Assembly: GCF_018350175.1 (NCBI RefSeq)
Contig: NC_058368.1
Coordinates: 174,284,001-174,348,000, forward strand
Direction of reading: 5' to 3'
DNA from: Felis catus
Taxonomy: Eukaryota
DNA length: 64,000 nucleotides
Positions within the stretch are counted from its first letter, which is position 1; each line of letters opens with the position of its first letter. Below are positions 62,597 to 64,000 of the stretch, piece by piece. The translations under genes and the position numbers were made by a program. The notes below the pieces were generated by a model. It was not told the DNA's origin. It saw only the letters and a list, made by a program, of their open reading frames with translations, and made no database searches.

Positions 62597-62615
62597 AAAA
62601 ATAAATAAGCATTTA

Positions 62616-62650
<35 letters not shown>

Positions 62651-62669
62651 ATACTGGAGTAATATGTTT

Positions 62670-63430
62670 CTTGGCAGCTGAGTAAACTCCACCTGTAAAA
62701 CCACCTGGTTCTTGTGTTTACTTTGTAGGAAGAAGTTTAAATAATCCTTCTGCTTCCTTAATGGTGATATGCCAATTCAAACTTTCTAATGTTTTAGCAT
62801 TGTTAACATTTTCTAGGAACCTGTCCGTGTGCCTGTTTCCAAATCTACTGGTGTAATGATGTCGGTAATATTCATTTACCTTTTTAGACTCTGCAAGGTC
62901 TCTAGTTATACCTCTTTTTCGTTCACAACACGATTTGTTCCCATTGGCGTCACAAGATGACCATCCATTACTATTTCCAAAGAACCAACTTCTGACCTTT
63001 TGTTTCTGGGCCTACCTCCTTCCTTTCTCTTTCCCCGGAGTTTATTCTTTTTGTTCCTTTTTGAACTTCAGTTGGACATTTAGTGCATTGATTTTCAGGC
63101 ATTCTTCCTTTCTAACATAAACACTTAAAGCCAATCATTTCTCTCAGAGCAACGTTTTTGCTGCTTCCCACAAATTTTGATAAGGAGGTTTTTATTACTT
63201 CTTATTTGTACAGTAGAATGGGTAACTGTAACATATTTATACAACGGACTATTATATAGCAGTCAGGTAAATGAACTTAGCTACATGCAATAATGCGGAA
63301 GAATCTTAGCTGTAGGACATTGAATAAAAAAGAACGAATACCAGAAGACTCTACATAGTAATGACACCCTTGTCTAAAAAGTTCCCAAAGAGGCAAAACT
63401 AAACGTTAGTAATACATATATGTGTGTGTA
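62670..63430. mobile_element. Old L1M fragments
   Basis: aactccacctgtaaaaccacctggt.. (antisense L1) and acaacggactattatatagcagtc..gctacatgcaataatgcggaagaatctt (sense L1 3' end). Confidence 0.55.
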
Positions 63431-63465
63431 TATATACATTATATATATAAAATAAAAAATTTTAA

Positions 63466-63700
63466 GGGGCACCTGGGTGGCTCAGTCAGTTGAGCAGCCG
63501 ATTTCGGCTCAGGTCATGATCTCACGGTTCATGGGTCCACAGGCCCCGCGTCAGGTTCTGTGCTGACAGCTCAGAGCCTGGAGCCCACTTTGGATTCTGT
63601 GTCTCCCTCTCTCTCTGTCCCTCCCCTGCTTGTGCTCGGTCTCTCTCTAGGAGAAACATTAAAAAAAATTATTTTTTAAATAAATAAAAAATAAAAAATT
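63466..63700 (+). mobile_element. SINEC (intronic)
   Basis: Head, CT tract and A tail; TSD taaaataaaaaattttaa-like. Confidence 0.9.
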
Positions 63701-64000
63701 TTAAATGCAATTGTATGATAACTATGAAGTTCTGCATAATGGTTAAATCTGCAGAGGAGGCAGGGAAGAACCTACAAAAAGATGTAACTGACCGGTGATC
63801 TTTTTATTCATGAGTGGGCAGTGGGTGCACGGATGTTCACCGTATCATTAAAGTAAACAAAATAAAATAGGGTCATGCTTGGACCAATAAGAACAGTGTG
63901 TAAAGAACCAAGGAATAGGAGTAATCCTATTCTATGGAACTTATGAGTAAGAAACAGAAAGAAAAATAAGCAAATGTAGAAGCAAAAAAACCCCAGAGTG

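Noticed and set aside
3396..63700. Recurring ORFs with motifs such as GAWVAQSVKRPTSAQVMIS and NVYLFLRERE
   Set aside because: They are translations of SINEC copies, not a gene family.

Overview
This is mammalian genomic DNA, almost certainly from a felid. It carries about 30 carnivore tRNA-derived SINEs (Can-SINE/SINEC), several of a young felid SINEC_Fc type, on a background of MIR, L2, old L1, MLT1/MER21 LTRs and hAT/Tigger DNA-transposon fossils. Only two protein-gene-derived features are supported. (1) An apparently full-length, intronless, frameshifted processed pseudogene of ZNF296 (minus strand, ~44801-46353). It sits inside an ERV1-class solo LTR (44590-46626), co-oriented with it and directly upstream of the LTR TATA box. 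(2) The terminal exon of an unidentified minus-strand gene: coding part 60905-61001 (C-terminus ...SMSVTSLEAELQAKIRETYPELRRVYFNKGL*) plus a 2.1-2.5 kb 3'UTR; the rest of the gene lies beyond the right edge. Almost all other ORFs in the track are chance or repeat-derived frames. I found no prokaryotic-type system, CRISPR array or intact transposon ORF, and no clearly novel biological system. The LTR/ZNF296 composite is the most unusual structure. Repeat family names and the ZNF296 match come from recalled sequences, not from a search, and boundaries of old repeats are approximate.
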